A DNA stretch of 64,000 nt from a virus. Lineage: Duplodnaviria > Caudoviricetes. This document shows, in pieces, positions 9,201 through 18,422 of this stretch. The DNA lies in IMG/VR virus record IMGVR_UViG_2654588123_000001, positions 8,932-72,931 of that record, one strand, 5' to 3'. The notes beneath the pieces are model-generated. The model was not told the origin of the DNA, searched no databases, and worked only from the letters and a program-made list of their open reading frames with translations. Made by a program: the position numbers and the translations under genes. The stretch's first letter is position 1. Each line of letters starts with the position of its first letter.

Positions 9201-11476
9201 ACCATGGTCAGGTCATCCACGCTTTCGATGCGTCCGCTGTTCGCCCACTTCGGTACGTCGTGCGACACAAGGATGACGTCCCCCACCGTACAGGCGATGG
9301 CATCGATACCGGCCTCGAACGATACCGTCCGGAGCTGGTAGCGGTTACACATAAGATGATACTTGCCTTCCCGGTATGCCTGCTTATAGTCTGTTATGCC
9401 GTCCATGGTCAACTGGGCAGTCTTGGCATACCCGTCGCTGTCAAACGTGCTTCCGTAGATGGTCAGCACATCCCTTTGGTAATCAGCGTCGGCGTTGGTG
9501 AACGTGACCTCCACGCAGTTCGCCCGGTCGGCCACCTTCAGGAACTCCTCACTGAAAGAACCGGCGAGGATGTTGCCCATGTTGAACATCTGCACCGGTT
9601 GCTGCACATGGTCATAGATACAGCCGTAGCGTGTCCCGAACCGCACCACCATGCCGCGCCCGATCGGCGCTATCCGCTGGTTGATGACCTCCAGCACCTC
9701 ACCGCTGGTATTGATTTCAATATTGACCGTCAGATCCTTTTCATTGCACCAGTTCGCCCAGGCAGCAAAATCCGAATAGCGGATGCGGTCTGCCGGAGCG
9801 CCCCGCACCTCATATTCCCAGTTCCCGGTGTTGATGTTCTTCAGCCGCCTTGCCTGATGCAACAGGTCGTAAGAGGCCCATGCCGGGTTGTCAGCCCGTT
9901 TCTTGACATAACTGCTCCCGTTCCACACATACACATAGGTGCGTTCCTTGAGGAACGACAGTGACGGGCTCCCGTTCAGCTGGTCGGTCGCCACCGCAGA
10001 GATGCCCAGAAGCGCTGTGCAAGGATAGGTAAAATCATCGTAGATAATGGAAGTGATGGCTGTAAGGTAGCAGGTAGAAGACGCCTGCGTATTCGTTTCC
10101 GCATACTGCCGGTAGGAAACCTTTACACGCACTTCATATTCTCCGCTGGGAATATGGTTGACCGTGAACTGTTTCCGAAGGGCAGAATTCCGGGCAGCCG
10201 TGATAATACCGTTGCCGCTGCCGTTGCTTACGGTCAGAGTCGCCGTCTTATCGTTGCCGTTCTTAACGCTGCTGACCAGGCTGTCACTCCATTTGTCCGT
10301 GTCAACACGGAACGCCCCCACGGTCACTACTTTGGAACCGATATCCTTTTTCCGTATCGTGCCGGAATAGGAACCTATGCTGATCCTAACGTTATAAAAC
10401 CAGCTGCGGTACCCGTCCTCATCGTCATCCCACAGGCATTGTATCTTCATAGTATATGAACCGGCGGCCACATTCTTCGCCAGCGTCACTCCATAGCTGT
10501 TGCTGGCCAGTTCCTTGAACAGGTTAGTCCATGCGCCATAGGTAACATTGTCGTTTGCATCCGTGGTAACTTTCCGGTATTCGATGTCCAAGTTCACTGT
10601 AGCATTTTCCACTTTACCGCTGTCCGAAATGTGGCATAAGCCGTTCGGGAATTCTATCTCAAACCGCAATCCCCTTGTGTCTGTCCCGTTTGCCGTGTCA
10701 GTCACCCAGGTATTGTCCAGCTTGTAAGAAACATTCTTGGTAAAATATGTGTTGTTGAAATTGGTGATGACGCTCTGGTCATTCGTTCCCTTGCGAAGTT
10801 CAAAGTCCGCGTCATCAAAATTCTCGATATCATTATCGTTCAGCTTGATGTCCGTGATGACAAGTTCCCCTTCCCCACAGGCCACAAGCCAGTTCAGGCA
10901 TTCATCGTTGTCGTCGATATCGACAAACTTGGCGATGGTCTGTCCGCCGCTTTTCACCTTGCCGTAGGTCAGGGCAATCGGGTTGTTCTGGCCTTCCATG
11001 GTCTGGACGCCAGCCCAGGAATATGTAGCCTTGCTGTTCTCGGATTCATACCCGCCCAGGTCTGTCTTCTGACCGGAAAGCCTGCCGATAAGGGCAGAAC
11101 CCAAAAACATGACAGCCGTAGCGGCTGCGTATGCACCCCAGGCACCTGCAGCAAACGCCTTGCCTAATCCGGCAAGCCAGCCACCGCTGGCGATGCCGAA
11201 GGACACCACGGACAGGGCGATGGCTGCCACGATGCCGAGGATGGACTTGCCACCCTTTCCGCCTTTTTCGATGACCGGATATATCACCACGAAATCTTCA
11301 TCCTTGATAACTGTGTTTTCATCCACACTGTACCCGTTCACCGTGGCCTGCAGGTCAACGCCCTCTATTCTGTTTTCTGCCAGCAAATCCGCCAACGTGC
11401 CGCCAGCTTCGATATGCCGGATTTCCCTTCCGTCCTGCGGCGAGAAAGGATTTTTAACGAGTACCAGAGTTACCAT
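6221..11476 (-). CDS. Tail tip/host-specificity protein (lambda gpJ-like) with gpI-like N-terminus and FN3-like repeats
   Basis: GQNNPIALTYG, DNPAW, RGMVVRFG, FEAGIDAIACTVGDVI; about 6 P..VT.(L/F) FN3-like repeats. Start re-assigned to MVTLVLVKNP (RBS AGGTGA). Confidence 0.88.
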   Translation of the reverse strand: MVTLVLVKNPFSPQDGREIRHIEAGGTLADLLAENRIEGVDLQATVNGYSVDENTVIKDEDFVVIYPVIEKGGKGGKSILGIVAAIALSVVSFGIASGGWLAGLGKAFAAGAWGAYAAATAVMFLGSALIGRLSGQKTDLGGYESENSKATYSWAGVQTMEGQNNPIALTYGKVKSGGQTIAKFVDIDDNDECLNWLVACGEGELVITDIKLNDNDIENFDDADFELRKGTNDQSVITNFNNTYFTKNVSYKLDNTWVTDTANGTDTRGLRFEIEFPNGLCHISDSGKVENATVNLDIEYRKVTTDANDNVTYGAWTNLFKELASNSYGVTLAKNVAAGSYTMKIQCLWDDDEDGYRSWFYNVRISIGSYSGTIRKKDIGSKVVTVGAFRVDTDKWSDSLVSSVKNGNDKTATLTVSNGSGNGIITAARNSALRKQFTVNHIPSGEYEVRVKVSYRQYAETNTQASSTCYLTAITSIIYDDFTYPCTALLGISAVATDQLNGSPSLSFLKERTYVYVWNGSSYVKKRADNPAWASYDLLHQARRLKNINTGNWEYEVRGAPADRIRYSDFAAWANWCNEKDLTVNIEINTSGEVLEVINQRIAPIGRGMVVRFGTRYGCIYDHVQQPVQMFNMGNILAGSFSEEFLKVADRANCVEVTFTNADADYQRDVLTIYGSTFDSDGYAKTAQLTMDGITDYKQAYREGKYHLMCNRYQLRTVSFEAGIDAIACTVGDVILVSHDVPKWANSGRIESVDDLTMVLPVYISDTTKSYRIQFRTVKDNLYTIPCTIIETSSNGWTTIGLESDYSESDPPQAGDVFDLAIANIGSKPFVVKSITRAQDFTRRITCIEYAEALFEENYEIPPIQYATKAVGNAKNVTGLSAKQFQYTDENRVRHGMMSVSWKRASGGGRYTVLISTDKKKWTNATETSNTFAEFNVKAKTDYYVKVVTILGVSQSTGVTTGLISCGQDVPPKAVTGLSYKVDPADRTKAEVTWNENTDIDFRNYKVSVAGGKTYTTASNIITIVSNTANPTVTVFAVDNAGNQSAGASCQIPIYPYPSNVTGFAVTQQTTDRSVLEFTWDAVTDSDLSQYELRAGNSWAAGTQFARTKTRKTTYQVASSGTYKFWISAINNADVYSQAPTGLTKVVNLIPDAVTDLTVTQSTKDRSKAVIKFTRSPGKDIDHYSIRYGNTWANGTEIVDIKDNRFEWQVPASGTYNVMVKAVTVAGFESAVTNTSITITIEPMDVTNFRAAQSTVNKTTVLLSWDAVNQTDVAYYIIKQGTSWNTASMVAPRVSGTTFEVMIEEEHQYSWMIKAVTIAGNESQYPAEVSAIFGLEPTPVSVIQLRQNPKDRSQLNIQWNAVPDGDLVGYQVKVGDNWDSAEEIPLTNELYATYTLTETESVHVMIRTLNSAGFYSDETSASLRCTVEPTNCTNFVAYQDGEMVELYWTVSTDIDVTGYEIREGSSFDTGALVATGVTNNFFTVPVDIERLYQYHIVAINKAGFKSSAARTSRVNVENLPPKNVIQTFDELARQSGTHSNTEFGESSINFQTVGGRFSDYTTTKFADLGGSQVLKLKLNTSTGKYPASGTYTLAKINVGSIITAKISVYFVSTVMYAGDVSAVLEFRTSLDNSIWMDWTEFKPVQRRFRYVQFRVKLATKNTNKTPEVNHLLISIDVPDTDIAITASIAAAGTTVPYGHTFYAVPNVTANAIGETVHARVISRTKTECVIKVFNTSNTAVAGTVDIKIKGY

Positions 11477-11879
11477 GTGCATCACCTGTATATTGATAAA
11501 ACCCGACAATCACCCTGCGCCAGGCCGGGGATGATATCCTGTCTATGCAGACACCTATCCGTTCCCTTGCGTGGATGAACATCCCCCCGCCGATATAGAC
11601 AGCCGTATGGTTGACGACCCCGTCCGGGCTGCCGAACCGGATGGCTACCAGGCAGGGCGCTGCCGGTTCCTTGATTTCTTTCCACGGATAGCCCCGGGTA
11701 TTTCCTGTTATGAGTTGGTCTATCTTTTCCATATCTTTGTAATCCGCATCGTATTCCGGCACGTCGTATCCGTAGCGCCGGTACACTTCCCGGACGACGC
11801 CGTAGCAGTCCAGCCCTTGTTTTACATCCCGTCCGTGGTTGGCAAAGGGTGTCCCGATAAGGTCCGTAAAATCCATCAT
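11454..11879 (-). CDS. NlpC/P60 tail assembly protein (gpK-like)
   Basis: GLDCYGVV (catalytic Cys), NHTAVYIGGGMFIHA; ATGA overlap with the upstream gene. Confidence 0.88.
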   Translation of the reverse strand: MMDFTDLIGTPFANHGRDVKQGLDCYGVVREVYRRYGYDVPEYDADYKDMEKIDQLITGNTRGYPWKEIKEPAAPCLVAIRFGSPDGVVNHTAVYIGGGMFIHARERIGVCIDRISSPAWRRVIVGFYQYTGDAHGNSGTR

Positions 11880-12475
11880 GCATATACCCCTTTCTGGTCG
11901 ATGCCCGGAAAACCTCCGAAGCGTGTACTGTTGCCATGCGACCGGCAATCCGCCAGCGTATGCTTGCAGGAACTCTTGCTGCCGTTATACCCACACCGGA
12001 TTCCCTTGTAGGCGAACGGACAGTTGTTCTTCATATACCGGTCCAATGGACGACGGGTGCGTGCGGAATAATCGTTGCCCAGCGTGAACTCGATCCACTG
12101 CTCGTTGACCTTGCAGGACAGCACCGTATAGTACTCCTCCAAGTCAGCGTTGCCGTTCAGGTTCTTGGAATTGACCACGCGGAGTATCACGAGCGTACCG
12201 ACACCGCCGCCGCTGGCCTCCACATACCACTGCAGCCCCTGGGCCACGTTGTCGATCTTGAGGGTGACGTTCGGGTCGGATCCGTCACTGTCTTCGGATG
12301 TTTCCCCGATGTTGAACGGAAATGCCTGGTACAGCTGACCCTTCCAGGTCACGTCCTCGTTGTTGTAGCAGATATACACAGTGTTCTGCAGCCGGATCTC
12401 CAACAGGATAAGGAAACAACTGTCAGTCGACAGTTTATTTTTTTCTGCCTTTGAAATCGCAGAGATGGAAAGCAT
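11876..12475 (-). CDS. Minor tail protein (gpL-like, Cys cluster)
   Basis: YQAFPF, CPFAYKGIRCGY...CKHTLADC...RFGGFPG. Confidence 0.8.
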   Translation of the reverse strand: MLSISAISKAEKNKLSTDSCFLILLEIRLQNTVYICYNNEDVTWKGQLYQAFPFNIGETSEDSDGSDPNVTLKIDNVAQGLQWYVEASGGGVGTLVILRVVNSKNLNGNADLEEYYTVLSCKVNEQWIEFTLGNDYSARTRRPLDRYMKNNCPFAYKGIRCGYNGSKSSCKHTLADCRSHGNSTRFGGFPGIDQKGVYA

Positions 12476-12478
12476 GTC

Positions 12479-12844
12479 TCACACCTCCGTCAGTTCAATC
12501 GACCCGGACCAGTAGTGCAGCGCCTCGTTCGTCCACTTGCCCACGTTCGTGATACGCACCTCCACCACTTCCGCGCCGCCCTGGTCATCCACGGAATCCG
12601 TGTTCGTCCAATTAAAAGACCGTGCCGAGAACGACACGGTCTGTGATATAAAATTCATCAGGGTTATATACTGTTCCCTGGGAATATGGTGCCATTTCAG
12701 CGTCCACTTCCGCCGGCTCTTCGTGAATTTCCGTCTGGACTGCTGGGAACCGTCCTCGAACTTGCTGATGATGGAATTGTTCTCATATTCGCATTCAAAC
12801 GGCCAGGCCGGTGGGTCTATGGATGCCGGAAAATTAACTGCCAT
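12479..12844 (-). CDS. Distal tail protein (gpM-like)
   Basis: SKFEDGSQQSR...RKWTLKW...SFNWT; follows the tape measure gene. Confidence 0.7.
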   Translation of the reverse strand: MAVNFPASIDPPAWPFECEYENNSIISKFEDGSQQSRRKFTKSRRKWTLKWHHIPREQYITLMNFISQTVSFSARSFNWTNTDSVDDQGGAEVVEVRITNVGKWTNEALHYWSGSIELTEV

Positions 12845-15756
12845 CAGCTCATCGCCCCTTTCATCGTCGTCCGGATGCCCATCTTGTTCGTTGCAAAGGC
12901 ATTCATCACGACGCTTACAATGTAATTCTCTCCGTCAAAATTGGTCTCGGTCTGCTGTGCATCCATCTGCATCCCGCTCTCGTTGTAAAGATTGACGATG
13001 ACATTCGGGATACCACCCACAGCAGTCCCTCCGGCAGTTCCCGGGGAAACATATCCCCCCTGGGCAAAGCGTGATACCGCGCCGGTATTGATTGCGTTCA
13101 GCGTGGGAACACCGATTCTCCGTACCGCGTCCGCATTGATGACAAACTCCCCGTTGGAGAGCATTGCCGGAATGCTATCGCTTGTCGCTGTGCCGGGGCC
13201 GGTGATGAAACCGCCCTCTGCTTTTCCGGGTACCCTTGGGAACATCACGTTATGTCCCCCTATCGGGGTATTGACCATATTCCCGCCGCCCATCGGGAGT
13301 ATCCAGCTAAGGAACTGGTTCACCACCTGCGCCGCCATGGTCTCCGCGATGCTCTTCACGATGGAATCCAGGAGGCCGTTCAACAGGTCCATGAACGCAT
13401 CACCGAAGGATTTCTGGCCTGTCAGCACGTTCTTAAAGAAACTCTCGAAACTGCTTTGCGTATCCAGCACGATATCCGCCATGAGTTCCTTCGTGGTTTT
13501 GTGGGTCTGCAGCCAGTTGTCATAATACCGTTTCATGATGCCCTGCCGGGTGTTGTATGCGTTCAGCACTGCCGTGTTCTCTTCCGACAATGACTCCTGC
13601 AACCTTTCCATGGAATTGGCCTTGAACGCATCATCGATCTCCGCCAGGATGTCCTTGCACTGCGCATGGTACTGTACGATTTCATCTTCATACTGTTTCT
13701 CTGCCGCCGCAATATCCATGGCAGTCTGCTTCGCCAAAGAGAGTCTGCCGTCTGCGGTGATCTCATAGGCAGCACCGGTCTCCTCCAGGTTCTTGATGAA
13801 CCGGGCGCGTTCCTCATCGGACATCCCGATGTATTCCGTCTCGAACTGGAACCACCGTTTCCGTATCTCCTCGACCGCTTTCTCATGTTCTTTCTGCATC
13901 CCGTACACAGCCTTTTCCGCAGAAGTCATGTAGGCCGTCTGCAGGGAGTTGCTTTCCCTCACGGCCTCGTTTATCGTCTTCCGCATGGAGAACTCGTGTT
14001 CCAGGCTGTTCTGCAGTTTCTGCCTGCGTTTCAGTTCCTCTTTCTCCGAATCTTCTGCTTTTCCGGACGACCCCTTGCTTCCACCACCGCCTCCGCCACC
14101 GCCGGTATTGGCAAACATGTCCTTGAATTTGTCGGTATCTGTTTTATTTGATTCCGGTTTCGGGGTCGCCGGGTGTTTCCGTTCATAGGCGGCCTGCAGC
14201 ATGGATATCTCGTCATCTTCCAGCACCTGCGTTTCCGTATAGGTATCGAAGGCGTCCTCGGCATCCATGTTGATGTCCCGCCGGTAAAACTTCCCGTCGT
14301 CGGCACGGCGGTACTGCTGGCCGTCGATGGAATAGATGTCACCGCCCGTGAGCCCCTGTTCCTGTGCCTGCTGCTGCTTGAACGCCACCAGCTTCTCAAA
14401 GGCGAACGCGATGGCAGCCGCCACGGCATACCATCCTCCTACCAGGGCCCACACGCTTTTGGTCAGTGAACCGACCGCCCCTTTGGCTGCAGCCGATGCC
14501 GTCACCATCTGTACCCCGGCAGCCTTTGCCGCCGCCCCGGTCGTGGCGATGGCCTGCACCTGTCCTGCCGCCGACATCTTTGCCTCGGCGTTCATCTTCC
14601 GGTACGCGGCCCGCATCTCCGCCTCGATCCTCGCAGAGGTCTCCGCGTACTTCATCTGGATTCGCATACAGGACTCGGTGATGGCTTTTTCCTTCTCCGC
14701 TTCCGTGATCTTACGGGCAGCCACTTCCTTGGCCATCAGCTGCTCTTCCTTTTTCTGTGCAGCCTTTAACATATTAAGCCGCCGGGTGATGGCAGCCTCC
14801 TGTGCCCTGGAGAGTGCCTCTACCTCTGCCGCAGCGGTCGCCGCCAAACCGGTCAGTCCTCCGGCTTTTGCTATGGCCTGAAGCACCTTGTAGGTCACGG
14901 CAAGCTGTGCAAGGCTCGTCCCAAGGGAAACGATTTCTTCCCTGTTCCCGGCGATAAGGCCGGCGGTATCCGCCAGCCCCTGTGTGATGGCCGGAAGATA
15001 CTCCCCAACGATCGGGGCAAGAAGTGCACCGCCTGCCATGGTCAGTTGTTCCAACTGTGCTTCGGTCAGCTTCAACTGCCGGTTGATGTCCGACATCTGC
15101 TCCGGGTCAAGCCCGATACCCTTTATCTTCGCTGCATCCTCCGCCGCCTCGTTGTATTTCATCAGGGTCTCTGTCAGCGCCATGCCACGGACACCCAGGG
15201 TGTTCATGATGAACTCCTGCCCGTACCCGGCTTCCGATGCCGCCTGGTATCCCTGTGCCAGGTTCTTCAGCTGTTCGTTCAGGGGAAGGAGTTTTCCGTT
15301 CTGGTCGGTCAGCGACACCCCGAGGGAATCCAGAATGGCACGGGTCTTCTCTGCCTTCTCCCCGCTCCCGGTGATGGTGCTGTCCAGACGCATCATGGCG
15401 CCGGAAGCCGTGTCCACATCCCCTCCGGCCAGCTTCACCGTCCGGGAGAACATCTCTGCCTCGGCTGTAGATATCCGCAATTTCTCCGACAGGTCTTTTA
15501 TACTGTCACCAGCAGAAACCGCACTTGAGATAAGGGCGGTCAGGCCGAAACCACCCCCGGCCAGCACCGCCGCCGTATTGAATTTTGTGATAAGAGAACT
15601 GACCTTGGAGGCCGTACCGGTAAGCGCCTCTTCAAACCCGGATACCGGGTCCCTGGAAAAGGTACGGTCGATATCCCTTTTCGCGGTTTTCAGTTCCTTG
15701 CGGAGACCGGAGCTGTCCGCCCCGATCTTCACCATCAATGCGGTCAATACTGACAT
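12844..15756 (-). CDS. Tail tape measure protein
   Basis: 970 aa, Ala-rich and helical; C-terminal GGFITGPGTATSDSIPAMLSNGEFVINA motif. Confidence 0.92.
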   Translation of the reverse strand: MSVLTALMVKIGADSSGLRKELKTAKRDIDRTFSRDPVSGFEEALTGTASKVSSLITKFNTAAVLAGGGFGLTALISSAVSAGDSIKDLSEKLRISTAEAEMFSRTVKLAGGDVDTASGAMMRLDSTITGSGEKAEKTRAILDSLGVSLTDQNGKLLPLNEQLKNLAQGYQAASEAGYGQEFIMNTLGVRGMALTETLMKYNEAAEDAAKIKGIGLDPEQMSDINRQLKLTEAQLEQLTMAGGALLAPIVGEYLPAITQGLADTAGLIAGNREEIVSLGTSLAQLAVTYKVLQAIAKAGGLTGLAATAAAEVEALSRAQEAAITRRLNMLKAAQKKEEQLMAKEVAARKITEAEKEKAITESCMRIQMKYAETSARIEAEMRAAYRKMNAEAKMSAAGQVQAIATTGAAAKAAGVQMVTASAAAKGAVGSLTKSVWALVGGWYAVAAAIAFAFEKLVAFKQQQAQEQGLTGGDIYSIDGQQYRRADDGKFYRRDINMDAEDAFDTYTETQVLEDDEISMLQAAYERKHPATPKPESNKTDTDKFKDMFANTGGGGGGGGSKGSSGKAEDSEKEELKRRQKLQNSLEHEFSMRKTINEAVRESNSLQTAYMTSAEKAVYGMQKEHEKAVEEIRKRWFQFETEYIGMSDEERARFIKNLEETGAAYEITADGRLSLAKQTAMDIAAAEKQYEDEIVQYHAQCKDILAEIDDAFKANSMERLQESLSEENTAVLNAYNTRQGIMKRYYDNWLQTHKTTKELMADIVLDTQSSFESFFKNVLTGQKSFGDAFMDLLNGLLDSIVKSIAETMAAQVVNQFLSWILPMGGGNMVNTPIGGHNVMFPRVPGKAEGGFITGPGTATSDSIPAMLSNGEFVINADAVRRIGVPTLNAINTGAVSRFAQGGYVSPGTAGGTAVGGIPNVIVNLYNESGMQMDAQQTETNFDGENYIVSVVMNAFATNKMGIRTTMKGAMS

Positions 15757-15757
15757 G

Positions 15758-16078
15758 TCATTCTCTCCTTAATGCCCAGGCGAATTCCTGTTCCAACACC
15801 GCCCGGTCATGTTCCTTTTCCTGCCGGGCCTTCTCCTCTTTCTTTGCTTTCAGTTCTTCTTCCGTCATCCACAACGGGTCCACGATATCTTCCAGCGTAA
15901 GTTTTGAATCCCTTTTCAGATACGGGGCAATCACAAACGACAAAAAATATGCAGTCCGGTAATCCTCCTCACGCCGCTGCCGGTTCACGGCTTCCAGCAT
16001 GAGCAGGAATTCCCCGGGCTGCATCTCCTCGAACTCACGCGGTTTCAGTCCGATGGCGTAAGCCACCGGCTCTGCCAT
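15758..16078 (-). CDS. Tail assembly chaperone, second (gpT-like) ORF
   Basis: GLKPREFEEMQPGEF; lies between the chaperone and tape measure genes, in the -1 frame relative to the upstream ORF. Confidence 0.75.
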   Translation of the reverse strand: MAEPVAYAIGLKPREFEEMQPGEFLLMLEAVNRQRREEDYRTAYFLSFVIAPYLKRDSKLTLEDIVDPLWMTEEELKAKKEEKARQEKEHDRAVLEQEFAWALRRE

Positions 16079-16101
16079 CCGCGCCCATTCCGCAAAACTC
16101 G

Positions 16102-16467
16102 TCAGGCCTTTTCCAGTACCTTCCGGATCTCTTCCCTTTTTGCCGCCGGCCCCTCCGTAAAAAGGTTGGTCGCATCGATCGCCGCCAGGATATGCGCGTT
16201 CAGCGTGTCCAGCGTCCCGCCGCTGTCGCAGTACCTCTCGATGAACCCGTAGGGGTCCTTGTCCTCCGGCTGCTTATCCTGCAGGCCGTACTTCACGCCA
16301 AGCTGTGTAAAGTGGATGGTCATCAGCCGGAGCCCCAGCGCCACGTTCGGTGTGAAAAGAAGGTTCAGCGAGAACCCCAGTTCCTGTTCCATCTCCTTCA
16401 GGCTGCGGATGTTGAACAGGAACTCACACTCACGGGCGCCGTTGTTGAACTTGATTGATTCCTTCAT
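16102..16467 (-). CDS. Tail assembly chaperone (gpG-like)
   Basis: Position directly after the major tail protein gene; 121 aa. Confidence 0.75.
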   Translation of the reverse strand: MKESIKFNNGARECEFLFNIRSLKEMEQELGFSLNLLFTPNVALGLRLMTIHFTQLGVKYGLQDKQPEDKDPYGFIERYCDSGGTLDTLNAHILAAIDATNLFTEGPAAKREEIRKVLEKA

Positions 16468-16470
16468 GTG

Positions 16471-16953
16471 TTAGTTGCCTCCTGCCGCCGTGATCTCGGA
16501 AATCTCACCGACGCCCTCCATGGTCGCCTTAATGGTGGCGATGCCGTCATGGGGATTGTCGCGGGTGAACTCCGTGATATATGCCCAGCCAATCTGGTAC
16601 GAGGCATCCGGATACACGAACTTGGCGTGTACCTGCTTTCCTTCACGGAAACAGTGTTCCATAACCTGCGCCCCTTCGTCACTCATGATCTGCAGGCCGT
16701 CAAAGCTGGACTTCCAGCTCTTGAGTCCCGGCTTGTTGGCTGTCCATCCGCCGGAGCCCTTATGGGATGCGTCCAGGGAATTGGCGCTCATCTCGATGGT
16801 AGAGTTCCGCTGGCCGCCCACCAGGGCGAACGCCTCTGTCGTTCCCGAGCCGCTCTTTCCGATATACAACAACACATCCTTGCCGGCTTCTGCGATATTG
16901 GTATCGGGATTCTCCGGCAGGTTCTGTAACTCTTGTGCCGTTAATCTGCTCAT
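16471..16953 (-). CDS. Major tail (tube) protein, TP901-1-like
   Basis: VGGQRNSTIEMSANSLDASHK...GLKSWKSSFDG. Confidence 0.88.
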   Translation of the reverse strand: MSRLTAQELQNLPENPDTNIAEAGKDVLLYIGKSGSGTTEAFALVGGQRNSTIEMSANSLDASHKGSGGWTANKPGLKSWKSSFDGLQIMSDEGAQVMEHCFREGKQVHAKFVYPDASYQIGWAYITEFTRDNPHDGIATIKATMEGVGEISEITAAGGN

Positions 16954-17363
16954 TGCTGCACCTTACCTTTCTGTAATGTAAAAATGACAGTCACCGTCCC
17001 GTGGTAGCCCGTCACGGATTCCGGCCAGGTCTCCACGGATTCCAGTTCCGTCCCGATTATGTGGTATCCCCCGATTTCCAAATCTGCCCCGTAGTAAGAA
17101 AACAGGACGCAGATGTCGTTCAGGATATCGTTCATCTCCTGTTTCTGGTTCCCGTCCGCCCAGACTTCAATCCCGGCGGTCGCCTGCCAGATGACTGCAG
17201 TCTTGTTTCCCACCGGCCGGAAGGTCATCGCGCCAAGGGTGATATACGGAAGTGCCGCCCTTTCCGGCACATCCCCATAAACATCACAGGTCTGGCCGTC
17301 TTTCAGCAGGGCGAACAGGGCTGTCCGCAGGGCGACCTGCGGTATGTCTTTTATCCGTATCAT
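16950..17363 (-). CDS. Tail terminator/completion protein (DUF3168-like)
   Basis: VYGDVPERAALPYITLG; gene position; RBS GGAGG before MIRIKD. Confidence 0.75.
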   Translation of the reverse strand: MIRIKDIPQVALRTALFALLKDGQTCDVYGDVPERAALPYITLGAMTFRPVGNKTAVIWQATAGIEVWADGNQKQEMNDILNDICVLFSYYGADLEIGGYHIIGTELESVETWPESVTGYHGTVTVIFTLQKGKVQQ

Positions 17364-17812
17364 TTCAATGCATCCTCCATGTTCCTTACGATGTTCGGCC
17401 ATTCATTGTCCGCCGCTTTCTTTAAAAACGGCTTCGGTTTCATCTTCCCTGACTTCAGGACGCCACGGTAATACCGTACCTTCCCTTTCCAGGTGAACTT
17501 CAGCACCTTCCCTTTCCGGGAGTAGGTCAGCCTGTTGTCCGTGCCATATTCCACCAGGGCGGAATGGGGAGCCGTGGAGGTGACAAGACCTTCCCGGCCA
17601 TCCCCCACCACCGAACTTTTGATGCCCTTACGCAGTTTCCCCGTAGGACCTTTCGGGGCGGCCTGCACCGCCCTGTCCCTGACGGCTTTTGTTCCATCGG
17701 CGATGACCTTGCGGATCTTCTTCTGCTTTTCGGCATCATATTTATCGATGTCACGGATGGCAGTGGAGATGACCGAACCCATGTTGACCTTGATCGTGAA
17801 CATCCCGCTCAT
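17360..17812 (-). CDS. HK97 gp10-like tail-completion protein
   Basis: APKGPTGKLRKGI, ALVEYGT, MKPKPFLKKA. Confidence 0.85.
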   Translation of the reverse strand: MSGMFTIKVNMGSVISTAIRDIDKYDAEKQKKIRKVIADGTKAVRDRAVQAAPKGPTGKLRKGIKSSVVGDGREGLVTSTAPHSALVEYGTDNRLTYSRKGKVLKFTWKGKVRYYRGVLKSGKMKPKPFLKKAADNEWPNIVRNMEDALK

Positions 17813-18123
17813 GGCCTGACCTCCTGTGTGGTAAGCACATAGACGGAAGGGTTCCCACGATCTACATCGATGACCTCATAGGTATGGTCTCCATCCTGAA
17901 CCCTCCAGCCTTTTTCAACCGCACGGGGACGGATGCGGATGCCCTGGGTGACCAGCACCGCCGCCCCGTCGTCCGCCACCACCCCGGTGGAGACACGTTG
18001 CTGCAGGAACTCCGCCCATACCTTTCCGTCATCCGTGAAGGTAACCGGCGCGCCCAGCCCGATATCCGTGCCGAGGGTCTTTTTCAGCACCGTGACCCGG
18101 TGCCGGAATTTGGAAATGTCCAT
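17809..18123 (-). CDS. Head-closure (head-tail joining) protein
   Basis: SKFRHRVTV...KVWAEF; gene order. Confidence 0.75.
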   Translation of the reverse strand: MDISKFRHRVTVLKKTLGTDIGLGAPVTFTDDGKVWAEFLQQRVSTGVVADDGAAVLVTQGIRIRPRAVEKGWRVQDGDHTYEVIDVDRGNPSVYVLTTQEVRP

Positions 18124-18126
18124 ATC

Positions 18127-18405
18127 TTAAAACCCCTCCTTCCGCACTCCGAACAACAGGGAGCGGAGGGTCAGGGTCAGGGCGTGATGGTCCGCTTCCT
18201 CCCGGTGTTCGTACAGATAAGCTGTCGCATACAGAACTGCGGTCTTCGCCGTATCCCCAAGAGACGCAAAATCTTCTGCATCTTCTATCCGGGCCACATC
18301 CATGCACAGTTTTTCTGCCGACTGGGACAGGCCTGTAATCAGGCCGTCCTCCTCGTCAGTATCTACCCGCAGGTAGTTCTTCGCTTCTTCCAGTTCCAGA
18401 AGCAT
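18127..18405 (-). CDS. Head-tail connector (gp6-like)
   Basis: LEEAKNYLRVDTDEED...AVLYATAYLYEHRE. Confidence 0.88.
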   Translation of the reverse strand: MLLELEEAKNYLRVDTDEEDGLITGLSQSAEKLCMDVARIEDAEDFASLGDTAKTAVLYATAYLYEHREEADHHALTLTLRSLLFGVRKEGF

Positions 18406-18422
18406 GACCATCACCCTTTCCA

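Noticed and set aside
3918-11476. Diversity-generating retroelement or invertible shufflon acting on tail fibres
   Set aside because: No reverse transcriptase, no TR/VR pair differing at adenines, and no inverted fibre cassettes seen
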